DNA of 63,570 bases, filler included. It is 21 parts of 21 records of this genome, joined end to end, with 100 filler letters (N's around TTAATTAATTAA, not from the genome) between each part and the next. Parts side by side here need not be neighbours in the genome. Positions count along the whole stretch, not along the records: positions 19,729 to 24,588 come from SRR36015645_130869; positions 24,689 to 27,274 come from SRR36015645_131089; positions 27,375 to 29,600 come from SRR36015645_131180; positions 29,701 to 35,089 come from SRR36015645_132102; 17 more parts are not named here. The stretch is one strand, 5' to 3'. This document shows positions 22,801 through 33,000 of the stretch, piece by piece (the stretch's first letter is position 1; the number at the start of each line of letters is the position of its first letter). The notes beneath the pieces were generated by a model, which had not been told where the DNA came from, did no database searches, and was given only the letters and a program-made list of their open reading frames with translations. The position numbers and the translations under genes were made by a program.

Positions 22801-24228
22801 AGTGGGCGGGACATTGACATTAAGGATGTGCTTGGTCATGAACTTGCGCCAGTTCCAACGTCCATGTTTGATGATACTGGAGATATGAGGATTGCGAAAT
22901 CTAAATCTACCTTGAAGAAAATTCTCCAAGTTGAGGTGTCTGATAGAGTTGCTGGTGGTGCAAATGTTAGTGTACTCGATGGCTCAGCAATACTTTGGGT
23001 AGTTCCTTGGCCTGCTGATGGGTCTGTGAAAGACTATATAGCGAACTTCAAATATGCCATAGGAAAAAGGTTACGGGTCGAGGACGTGTATCTGATATTT
23101 GACAGATATTATGATTACAGCACGAAGAGTGTTACCAGAGGATCTAGGGCAACTGGTGTCAGTAGGGCTCATCATTTGCAAGTCAACAGTAAACTTCCAG
23201 CGCAGAAGATTCTACTAACCTCTTCCAAAAACAAGAAGCAACTGATGCAACTGATAGTTGATGATTTTGTCCAGGATAAGAAGTTTCATGAGGACAACAC
23301 ACAACATCACAAGTTAGTGGTAACAGGAGCAGATCCGGTGCCAATCGAAATCAGTGAAGGTGGAGTTGTCATCTCACGGGCAGATCTGTCAACTTCACAC
23401 GAAGAAGCAGATAACGTCATTGTCCAACAGGTCTTGAGTTGTGCCGCGGAAAATGCAGAAAGCAAAATCACTGTTGTTGCCGATGACACTGACGTCTTTG
23501 TACTGTTGCTGCATTATCATCACATGGCAAATCTCAAGAATGTTGTATTGATGGAGTCCCCCATCAAAGGAAGGGCGGTGCTTGATATAGGCAAAACTGT
23601 GCAGAAGCATTGTCAGATAGTCGAAGGAATACTCCCGGCACATGCACTTTCTGGCTGTGACACCGTCGCCTCCTATTTTAAAATTGGAAAGGCTACTGTA
23701 CTCAAAACACTTCGATCGGGGCACTCACTTAACTTGTTGGGTGCACCAGGGCATTCTATGGAATCTGTTATTCAACAGGCTACCTCCTTCATTTCCGCGT
23801 GCTATGGACAAACAGACTGTAGTACAATGTCAGAGACAAGGTTAAAGGTATGGCTGTCACAAACAGGCAAAGGGTCATCAACACCGAAGTTGTGTACCTT
23901 GCCACCAACAACTGAGGCATTCAAAGAGAATGTTAAAAGAGCTCACTATCAGGCTTTGGTATGGCGGTCACTGGAAGCGCAGAATCCACCCGAGTTGGAC
24001 TCAACGGAATATGGTTGGGTAAAGGATGACCAAAACAAGTCCCTTCAACCAGTCACCCTACCTGATGAAGTCAAACTAGCCCCAGAGATGGTACTACGTC
24101 TAATAAAATGTGGATGCCACAGTACTACTCCATGCAGTTCACGTGCTTGTAGTTGCAACTCTGCAAACATGAAATGCACAATATTTTGCGCCTGCTATAA
24201 TCAGGGTTGCTGTAACCTGACATCATAG
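19852..24228 (+). CDS. Complete Academ (AcademX) transposase, 1458 aa
   Basis: N-terminal HxxC/CxxC motifs (HRNC, CLFC, DARYHVDC). DDE-type core VDNFD / TCDLQLY / GGMH / DMMIE and EREGDW. XPG-like VLDG, IFDRY, HEEAD, DDTDV, HALSGCD, IGKAT. C-terminal Cys8. The ~1500-aa length and domain order match the described Academ architecture. Confidence 0.88.
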   Translation: MNEEQCFFVSKFGCENKTEPLKDTGPVRIQNFIKHSKIYGDRYHELLEEKVSENPECTVKCHRNCASTYTSSLQVERHKRKNPESYSSYIPPKTRRRSSLPGFIFKVHCLFCGETCVVEKDPKNPKRWRPAYSCREIGSAGGKKSLKQTILEACERRQDELSEVVRQRVDSTVSDLHAADARYHVDCRNRFLTEKNVASAATKSDSQVNIDRAFESLVVMIKDSSGFLNSVELHKAYKEFGGDRLTRRLIVPNLCERFGDELVVLKSPGLADIVSLRSIAAKCMRLVQDEDDDIDVTINKLCKVIRHEVKQITLDKDCYDTSVNRQKCRETVSDTLIQLLGKLSPNLDRALPALLIGSMVTGVMKNHPTSLQITLGIKMRRSKKLINVLQKYGVTCTYDEVRRFKHSAAKATTMERSLPGLSTSSSSLVQVIVDNFDTDISSPNGKSSTHSLAMLLTQPDSNSSETVQEDTIRRVKKEDMVEPLKYDVEIKRYNGPKKPPMPQNTPKRSVQPLRMLAQQVISKGRASEMDFAFLQDMNSTLDCPEYNGYNTGDARRQGHSAQPKTKAVYLPLIDMIPSHPDTMMTSMACAQDYTRNIGQQFVVFTCDLQLYRVALEVQWTYPDRFSNVILRLGGMHSLMSFIGSIGTLMADTGLSDIMSSVFGGVLKMLTGKKFPQNVRALRMVAEEALRGIIQDKPLYCSGDLMQILETEASKSQTTKLWVDVLIKPVLLTMMFVRAEREGDWPLHLATYKQMLPYFFAAGHVNYARYGLCYLREMERLPQEVLSHFMKGEHVMHHSAGLWNGIWSDMMIETTFMRYGHAPGGIVGITLKPETLKVWALSLHACSRLESDLDDMTDEDTQSKVVTTHKEEAKARIAEDKKDREGIRQKLDTCINPLDSAAHPSGIVNVVSGQIGSTEVNVHNAVTIGTEQMTVFESRLPQGLYETITKKVVTMDHARKHVKVGAVKVFDTNLIYARVIGLQVSGRDIDIKDVLGHELAPVPTSMFDDTGDMRIAKSKSTLKKILQVEVSDRVAGGANVSVLDGSAILWVVPWPADGSVKDYIANFKYAIGKRLRVEDVYLIFDRYYDYSTKSVTRGSRATGVSRAHHLQVNSKLPAQKILLTSSKNKKQLMQLIVDDFVQDKKFHEDNTQHHKLVVTGADPVPIEISEGGVVISRADLSTSHEEADNVIVQQVLSCAAENAESKITVVADDTDVFVLLLHYHHMANLKNVVLMESPIKGRAVLDIGKTVQKHCQIVEGILPAHALSGCDTVASYFKIGKATVLKTLRSGHSLNLLGAPGHSMESVIQQATSFISACYGQTDCSTMSETRLKVWLSQTGKGSSTPKLCTLPPTTEAFKENVKRAHYQALVWRSLEAQNPPELDSTEYGWVKDDQNKSLQPVTLPDEVKLAPEMVLRLIKCGCHSTTPCSSRACSCNSANMKCTIFCACYNQGCCNLTS

Positions 24229-24689
24229 CTGATTGCATGTCTTTGTGATGCACATGGGCAACACAATGTACAACAGTGTAGATTATTTGGTAAAGTGGTA
24301 GCCATCCTTAATTATGAATTGTATAATATGCTTTTGGTAGTCTGTGTGAGAATTCAGATTTACAATTAAAGAACATTTGTTATAATATAACACCTGTGGT
24401 CGTTTACCTTTTCATATTTTCCACCAAGATTGAATAGTATAGAAGATATACCAGTGCTTGTAAACTGGCAGCCATCTTGGATTTGTAGATGACATCATCA
24501 GTATATGAACTTTGATCTGATACAGATAGATGTGTCTCCAAAATACTCAGTGATAGACACCTTCACGACTAATTTGGAGTAAATAGTANNNNNNNNNNNN
24601 NNNNNNNNNNNNNNNNNNNNNNNNNNNNNNNNTTAATTAATTAANNNNNNNNNNNNNNNNNNNNNNNNNNNNNNNNNNNNNNNNNNNNT

Positions 24690-25454
24690 GAGCCAATGGA
24701 AGTACAAGAACTGTACAAAAACTTGGAACGACAAAAAATGGAAACAGAGATGAATGTTCTACTGGCTAGATCAGAGCATTATTCACAGCAATTTCATTTA
24801 ATTGACACTCAGATGTGCACTAAAATTATTGAAAGTTGTGAAAATAATTATAAAGATAAGTTACTTGAATCGTGGTCGCATGATTGCAAGAAAGAGGAAG
24901 ATAAGTCAAAGGTACTTTGGGAGAAGAGTGAGCTATGGCTTGTGAATCTTCCTTCCACAGAGCGAAACAAAGGGGCCAACAATAATGGAAAATCACTTCA
25001 ACGAAAGAAAAGCAAAAAACAGGAACCCCTACCACGAAGGATCTGCACAATCTGCAACAGGCCCGGCCACCGTGAAAGCCGGTGTTGGTTTAAGCAAAAG
25101 AAAGACACGCCTAGGCATGCTAAATATTCGCCAAGGCACAATAACAAAAGTTCCACGCAAACGATGTACCCTTCCAAATTGCATCAAAAACTGCAATATA
25201 AAAGAAACAACACAGCTATGGAACAAGGTAAAAATATCAGCACACCAATGCCGAGCTGCACTATATGCCATTTTTTTCACCGCCGAACTGTGGCCTGTGA
25301 TACGGTAATCAAAAGCGTCGACAGAGCCTTTGCTAATCGATCCGAGGTCAATGGTAGCAACCATTTTTTGTACAAAAACGGAAGAAAGGGGGCCCGCCAG
25401 AAACCTACAGCCAATTACCGGTATCACAAACATCCAAATCCCAGGTACCAGTAA
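24690..25454 (+). CDS. Upstream ORF of a Penelope-like element: helical N-region + CCHC zinc knuckle(s), 5'-truncated
   Basis: Open from the contig edge. Contains CTICNRPGHRESRC (Cx2Cx4Hx4C) and CTICHFFHRRTVAC (Cx2Cx3Hx5C). Basic. Overlaps the RT frame by ~97 nt. Confidence 0.65.
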   Translation, partial: EPMEVQELYKNLERQKMETEMNVLLARSEHYSQQFHLIDTQMCTKIIESCENNYKDKLLESWSHDCKKEEDKSKVLWEKSELWLVNLPSTERNKGANNNGKSLQRKKSKKQEPLPRRICTICNRPGHRESRCWFKQKKDTPRHAKYSPRHNNKSSTQTMYPSKLHQKLQYKRNNTAMEQGKNISTPMPSCTICHFFHRRTVACDTVIKSVDRAFANRSEVNGSNHFLYKNGRKGARQKPTANYRYHKHPNPRYQ

Positions 25455-27274
25455 TTCAAGCAAAAATTATCAACCTGTCGAAGTATGCTTTATCAGATAA
25501 TGAAATAAAGCTTCTCAGCCATGGTAGCAAGTTCACTCCTACCCCACGTTTCAACGAGATGGAACTAAAATGTGATACGAAAGAATTTTGCAGAAAATTA
25601 CGACTGGCAGAATATTTTGACGATAATAACAGCGAGGATGAAAACATATCACTGGCAAAGAACAAAAAACACTTCAATCCACCTATTGGCCGAAACAAAG
25701 CACTAGATACGTTTTGTGCTACATTAGAAACATTTCCAATGAAATCTGGCTTGGCTAAACCCAAAAACTCTCAAAAAAACTTATCCAAAGAAGAAATGCA
25801 GGCGCTGAACAATTTAACAAACAATGACTCTATAATTATTAAGGAAGCAGACAAAAGTGGTTGTTGGGTTGTTATGGATGAGAGCTATTATAGTAATAAA
25901 ATAACAGAAATGTTAAACGACAGCTCAACGTATAGGAAACTGGATACCAGTGACGATTCCTCAGTTATGGTTAAAGTTAAGAAGTTTGCAAACAAATACA
26001 GCTCCATGCTGACGGAAGATGAAAAAAACTACTTAACTAAATTTGAATTTAAAACGAGCAATCTATATGGTCTGCCAAAGGTTCACAAGTCGAAAGAAAT
26101 TCAGCAAGCTATTACCGAGCAAAATAGCATTTGTGTAAATATTTTATCACCCTCTGATTTGCCTTTTAGACCGATTGTAGCCGGTCCAGCATGCACAACT
26201 CACCGTTTGAGTGATTTGTTAGATACGTTACTGAAGGATTTCGTTTCAGTTGTGCCTAGCTATGTGAGAGACGATATTGATTTTTTAAATCACCTTCCAT
26301 CAACAGTTAAAGAACAGGCTATTTTTGCCACATTTGATGTTAAAAGTCTTTACACATCCATACCACACAGTGAAGGTTTAAAAGCCTTGGAGTTTTTCCT
26401 AAGAAAACATCCTACTTTGCTAAACTCCAGGTTTTCCCCAGATTTCGTTATAGAAGGTGTAAAATTAATCTTAGAAAATAACGTTTTTCATTTTAACAAT
26501 AGTATTTTCTTACAGTTACATGGAACAGCAATGGGGACTAAAGTTGCAGTCATTTATGCCATACTATATATGGCATACCTAGAGCATAAGTTGCAAAATA
26601 TATTAAAAGAAAAATATAGTTACCTAAATGCTCAATACATTTTTCAGAATTGGAAGAGATATATTGATGACTGTTTCATCATCTGGTACAGCAACATGGG
26701 AGATATAAAGTGTTTTCATAATATTTTAAATTCTTTAGATCCCAATATATCTTTTACTTTAGAAATGAATGAATCGGCAATCCCATTTTTGGATATTCTT
26801 GTCAAAAATGTAAATTGTAATGTAATCACAGACATATATCACAAGCCTACTCATACTGGGATGTATTTAGATTTCTTCAGCTGCCATCCACGTCACACAC
26901 GCTTAAATATTCCATATAATTTAGCTCGGCGCCTGTGTACAATTATCAATGATAGCAAAATCTTAAATGCGAGGCTTCAACTGTTAAAGTCCAATTTAAT
27001 ACAACAGGGATACCCAGTCAATGTTGTCAATACAGGGATTAAAAAAGCCATGTCCATTCCAAGACAAGAACTTATAAATAGTCACCCTGTACAAAATTCA
27101 AATAATAATATAGCATTTGTGAGTACTCACAATCCAAAAAACGTAAATATGTTTCACGTTATGCACAATAATTTACCCATACTTAAAAACAACAGGGTAA
27201 TGAGCAGAATTGTAGACTCTAAAAAGATTATTAATAGTAAAAGGCAAGCGCCAAATTTAAAGAAACTTCTATGT
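25358..27274 (+). CDS. Penelope-like element reverse transcriptase (possibly Naiad clade), truncated before the GIY-YIG endonuclease
   Basis: PLE motifs IINLS..LS..E..LL..G.KFTP, IIIKEADK, LYGLPKVHK, RPIVAGP, FDVKSLYTSIP, GTAMGT, RYIDDCF, IPFLDI, TDIYHKPT, SCHP.H. Frame opens after TAG at 25355-25357; first AUG is at 25559. Confidence 0.9.
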
Positions 27275-27374
27275 NNNNNNNNNNNNNNNNNNNNNNNNNN
27301 NNNNNNNNNNNNNNNNNNTTAATTAATTAANNNNNNNNNNNNNNNNNNNNNNNNNNNNNNNNNNNNNNNNNNNN

Positions 27375-29600
27375 GCACGGGAGTTCGTGGAAAACAAGAC
27401 AACTGAACGTGTTCCATTGAATACTTCTTGGGCCGCCTTCCATGCTAGTCGACAACCACATATAAATCGTGCGACGTGTTCTACTGCTCTCCTTCCACTT
27501 TTTCAGGAAAGTGCACACACTGCGGCCATGATAAAGCATTCACTTAATGTCATCCGAAAAGCCATGGAACACTTGAATCCTGGCCAGAGTCCTGTCGTCA
27601 CATTTGACCAACCACTGTATGCCCTGGCAAAACAAATCCAGTATAAGTGGCCAGAGAAATATGGTGAGGATAAGCTGGTGGTTATGTTTGGAGCACTGCA
27701 TATTGAGATGGCGGCGCTGAAGATGCTGGGGAACTGGTTGAAGGGAAGTGGTTGGGTTCAAGCACTAGTGCAAGCTGACGTCACATCTCCAGGGACAGCC
27801 GAATCTTTCCTTAAAGCAGTCCATGTAACTCGCACCAGGAGAGCCCATCAGATCACAGCAGCAGCTCTGAATATTTTACAGCACCGTGCTTACGACAACT
27901 ATTATCAAACACAAACAGGGGAAGTTCATTTCGACTTTGAAGCTTGGTGCAGCCAGAGAGCAGAAAACATTCCACAGTTTCAGTACTGGTCTATTGTACT
28001 TGAGCTAGAACTGCTCATGCTGGTCTTTGTGCGGTCATTGAGAGAAGCATCATTCTCCATGTACCTTGATGCCCTAACAGAACTAACAAAATGGTTTCAC
28101 GCATTGGACCATACGCATTATGCCAGATGGATACCAATTCACCTGCGAGACATGGCTGAACTCCCAAGGACACACCCCGGTATAGATCAACAATTTAGGG
28201 CAGGCCACTTCACTGTCCAGAAAACTAGGAAGGTATTTTCCTCCATAGCCATTGACCAGGCCCATGAGCAAATGAATGCCTGCATTAAAGGTGATGGTGG
28301 TGCTGTTGGCCTTACTGAAGACCCTTCTGCCCTGCTGCGGTGGATGGTAGCAGGACCAGAAGTTGCCCGGTCCATACAGGAGTTTGAGACTAGCTCCATC
28401 AAATTGGGAAGAGCAAATGACACACGTCATCATGATCAAACAACGAGTGTTCAGGTCTCGTTCATCAAGGATGTTCGCTCTTTGGTCAGTGCAATGGAAC
28501 AACTTGGAAATCCATTTGAAGAAGAAAGCATGGACCTTATAGCACTAGACTCAAAAGAAATTGCTGGGCCTGCTGCTGCTGCGGCAGTGAACAATGTGAA
28601 GAAGACAGGAGAGCGTCAATTTGAAGCTTTCACTAGAGAATGCCTTGTTGAAAGAACAAAGCCAGTGTGTGATGCTATACCAAGGAACAAGATGGTGGTG
28701 TTCGGTACTTCAACCGTAAAGACATTGTCAAAAGACAAACAGCAGTTGGTTTCTGTCAAACAAGACATGGAGCTCTTTTCAAGGTTGTACATTGCTTGCC
28801 AGACCAGAGATGGAAACCTTCATGAGTTCTTTCGCCACGAGAATCAGGCTTGTCCTCCAGCGCTGTCTGATGGAGGAAGTCTCCGCCTGGGACCGAAGAG
28901 TGATCTTCTTTCATGCCTGGATCATGTTTCTAGTGCATACTCAAGCGATCCCAAGGTTACCTGCACTATTCTAGATGGGGCAGCCATCATCCAGATGCTG
29001 AAACCTACTTCTGTAAAGACCTTCAACGAGTACGCCCACAGTATTTTTATTCCATATCTGGCCAGAAAATTGGAGAGTGTGTCCAGGCTTGATTTGGTGT
29101 GGGACCGCTACTTGCCTGAGTCTTTGAAATCTTCTACAAGAGCAAAGCGTGGAAAAGGTGTGCAAAGACGTGTGGTGAGTGCTGCAGCCATCCCCAGAAA
29201 CTGGCAGAACTTTCTCAGAGTTGATACCAATAAGACAGAGTTGTTCGCCTTTCTCTCAGACGCGCTGCTCAGGTGGTTTGTCCAGGAGGATAAACAGCTT
29301 GTCATCACAAATGATGTGGAAGTCCTCAGCAAGCCACCACTGCCAGATCTGGCATCGATTGCTCCGTGTACGCATGAGGAAGCTGATAGTCGCATGCTAC
29401 TACATGCGTCCCATGCAGCAAGAAGTGGCCATCAGAAAATCATGATTCGCACTGTGGATACTGATGTTGTGGTGCTGGCTGTGGCAGTGGCTCAGGATCT
29501 ACACCCAGATGACGAGCTTTGGTTGGCATTTGGAACTGGAAAGAGTTACCGTTACCTAGCTGCCCACGAAATAGCAGCTGGGCTAGGGCCTGAGAAAGCA
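27375..29600 (+). CDS. Academ (AcademX) transposase, internal fragment
   Basis: SWAAFH, TFDQPLY, GALH, HVTRTRRAH, HYARW, DQAHEQMN..IKGDGG, ILDGAA, VWDRY, HEEADSR, DTDV. Confidence 0.85.
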
Positions 29601-29700
29601 NNNNNNNNNNNNNNNNNNNNNNNNNNNNNNNNNNNNNNNNNNNNTTAATTAATTAANNNNNNNNNNNNNNNNNNNNNNNNNNNNNNNNNNNNNNNNNNNN

Positions 29701-29785
29701 ATTAAAGCTCTTGGCAAGGAGAACACATATAAGGATTATTTGGATTAATTTAATGTAGTAGAATGTGGAAAATACCTGTTTATGT
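29701..29785. repeat. Left inverted repeat of Academ element
   Basis: attaaagctcttggcaaggagaacacatat... matches the reverse complement of 35005-35089. Confidence 0.95.
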
Positions 29786-30044
29786 ATTTTAATATTTAAT
29801 GGCAACACCGCAAGAAGACAATCATGTAATCTCAAGCTAATAGTATATTCAGTATTTATCATCTGTAGACAGTATATTAACAGTTTCTATTTTCTATATC
29901 CAATGTTGCTATGGTATAGGCGGGTAGTGAATGAAACTAAAATTACTGGTAAAGCATTATGTAAAAACTACATATGAAACATAAAGTGTACACATACACA
30001 TCTAGTTCTAGCACAGTAATATTGCTCTCCTCCCTGCTTACATA

Positions 30045-33000
30045 TTAATCAAAACTGCGTGCATTATTTGGATTTTTGCAGCCTGGATTTCCTGCACATT
30101 TGCAAAAGTCACAACACATTATATTTGCTACACGGCAAGGGCATATCTTTGGCCGAAAGCATTTGACACAAGTGCATGGATGGGGAAAGTCATCAGGTAT
30201 TGTAGGTTCTGATACCACAATTGGGACCAGAAGTTCACCTTGCAGTTCATAACCATGATCTAGTGGATTGAGAATTTGTATATTCGTATCTGTGGCATTG
30301 ATCCATTGGTAGCATTGTAGGTATGCTCGTTTAATATGCAGTGCAGTGCTACTTGACGTAGGAGCAAGCTTTTCAAAGTTGTTTTTAATGCCTTTATGAT
30401 GGTATTGAAAATACCGAATCTCATCCATTTTATCCAATTTGGACACAGCAATAGCACTTGCTAGAAACTTTTCTGCTTTGTGTTCCATGTCACTTGTGAA
30501 CTCCAATTTGCCAAAGTCCTTGATTAGTTCTGATCCACCCTGTTCTGCGAATTTAAATGCAGCCTGCTTTGTGGATACCTTGCTTGTGGTATCACACCCC
30601 GTGAGAGCATGCAACGCTGGAAGCACAGACACCAATATCCCGGGCATTTCTACTACCAAATCATGGATTGGTACAGCTCTACTTGTGCTGCCGTGTCCAC
30701 AAAGAACCCAGAGCTCCAGCAACCCACTATTATTCCACGTGTGGTTGAAATGGTAGAGGAGGCATATAAACACATCTGTATCTGCTGAGGCTACGATTAC
30801 CCGCTTGAAAGAATCTGCACAAGTGGCATGCTGGACATGTAATAGTAATCTGTCATCTGCTTCCTGATGTTTGCAGCGAAGTTCTGGTACCTCTTCGACG
30901 ATCAGAGATTCCAGTCTGATACATTTATATGTGTCAGTTTCATGGGCGCCACCAAGCAAAACTGGTGTGGACAGATTCTCCATACCTTGGCTCTGTTTCT
31001 CAGTTATCCACCTGATGAAAAATGCTTCAAACTTTGCTTTGTTGCTAATTGATGCCCAGAACCTATCAAAGTCTATTGGAAGTGGGGTATCACTGCGATT
31101 GATGGATACTTCTATAGGGTCGACAGTGCATCTTCTTATTCTTTCGAAGCCTTTGATACCACCTGCCTCATATAAGTCGAAGACAATATCAATTCTTTTA
31201 CATGTGGACGCCATTGCAGAAAACGTCTTCCATAAATGAGCTGCCATGTCACCAAATGTTTTCATCTTCAGTTGCTTGACTGGTACTTTTCTAGCACTAG
31301 CCATAAAATCAATGACTATAGCTGTAGGATGCGTATCTTCCACGAATGGTACTTTCTGAGGTGCTGGTTCTTGCAGCTTTTTTTCAACCACGTGCGTTAA
31401 CTCAGATTTGGGAGATTTTCGTAAAAAGCCATCCTTTGTGAGATAAAATGATGTAGATGTCAGTTCGTATGTTAGAAGTTGTGAAATATCATAACTTCTC
31501 GTTCTGGCAATGTCAATTAAGTGTAAGGCTTTAGTTGTTTCCTTCTGTGTGTCAAAAATAACTGTCTTGGGCTTTTTTGGCTTCTTGATTAGCTTTGGAA
31601 TTGGATCAAATAATTTCTTATCTTGGTCCTGGAACCTTGATTTAACAAATTCGTCATAAGCTTGCTGGCCAATATCTATACAGTTCAGGAGATGCTTACA
31701 CCTCTCAGCATCGATCTCCTTTCCAGTCACAAGATTTCTCATCTTCCCATTGTTTGACAAATCAAATGGGTTGTCTCTTTCGATAACATATGCTAGCATT
31801 TGCTGCATGCATAATGCATCATGTTTAGTGGTGGCATCAGAAAACTCATGATGTAACGAGTACTCGTCTTCATCATTCAGACCACATATTCGGCGGAGAA
31901 AAAAAGATATCTGTACTTTCTCCTGCTTGATCAAGTCATGTTGGGCAATTGATTCTTTCCTTCGTGTGATACCCACAATTCCACCAGGGCCTTTCGCTGG
32001 TTTATTGTACATCTGTTCGAGTGCCTGATCCATTGGGACACAACTGAATTTGCGGTTAGATTGTTTCACAACAAAATGCCCTTTCAGGAAGTCTGCATGT
32101 ACAGATGGAAATTTGTGTGGCAGCTGCAAGCAATCTTCATAAAATACTGCTCCCCACCTTGAGTAGTTTGTCTTGTCGAAGGCAAAAAAGAGTGGTAATG
32201 ATCGCTGGATAGCAGACAAGTGTAACTGCCAGTTTCCTTCTCGATGAGATCGAGTCATGTCTCTTAAGAGTGGAAAGAAATATGTAAGAAACTTACTCCA
32301 GTAGTTGAAGATGTCACTCTGCCCTTTTCCCTCTTTAACAAAGGCATCAAATTTTGGCGTAATTGTATCAAGCAGGTCTTTACATTTATAAAAGTAAGTC
32401 TGAGCTTGTTCACCATCTCTGTCATGACATGCACTTTGCAATAAAGTTATTGCTGCAAAAACTTCAGCAAACTGTTGAGAGTCATTTTGCTGGAGGAACT
32501 GTTTCCATAGAAGAGTCTGCATTAACTCTGCTATCAGGGAGAGCCCTCGAAGGGCACGTGAATAGTGGGTGCCATTTAAAATGCTTTGGACAATCAGAGG
32601 ACCAAATACCTCATTCTCTATCAAAATATTTTCCACCCCACTGTCCTGCAGATACTTCCCAATGCAAGCTATGACAACTTTTGACATATGAAAACCTCCA
32701 AGTCCCAGGAATATATTGCTAAGCTGTTGTGGTAGCAACAGCTGAAGCTCCTTTGCGATCCTGTATACCCCTTCATCACACCATAGTGAGCCATATTCTT
32801 GTCCAGTCTGCATTAGGGTGTCTTGAAAATTGATCATGCAAGTAAATATAGTGTCATACTGTGTTGCAGGGTGTGGTATGATGGGAGTAAAGCCAACTGT
32901 AGTTTGAGTCATATTTTCAGTCGATATTAGGCTGTTAAATGCGCTCCATGATGGCACATTAGACATGTTTTGCCCAGGATGATCCGGCAGATTAGATTCA

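Noticed and set aside
19748-24350. cagacta (19752) / tagtctg (24338) as TIRs of the 1458-aa Academ element
   Set aside because: Only a 7-bp match with no convincing extension or TSD.
25358-27274. Selenocysteine (in-frame UGA) recoding as reported for some Naiad PLEs
   Set aside because: There is no in-frame TGA in the visible RT frame, and the 3' end where a SECIS would lie is missing.
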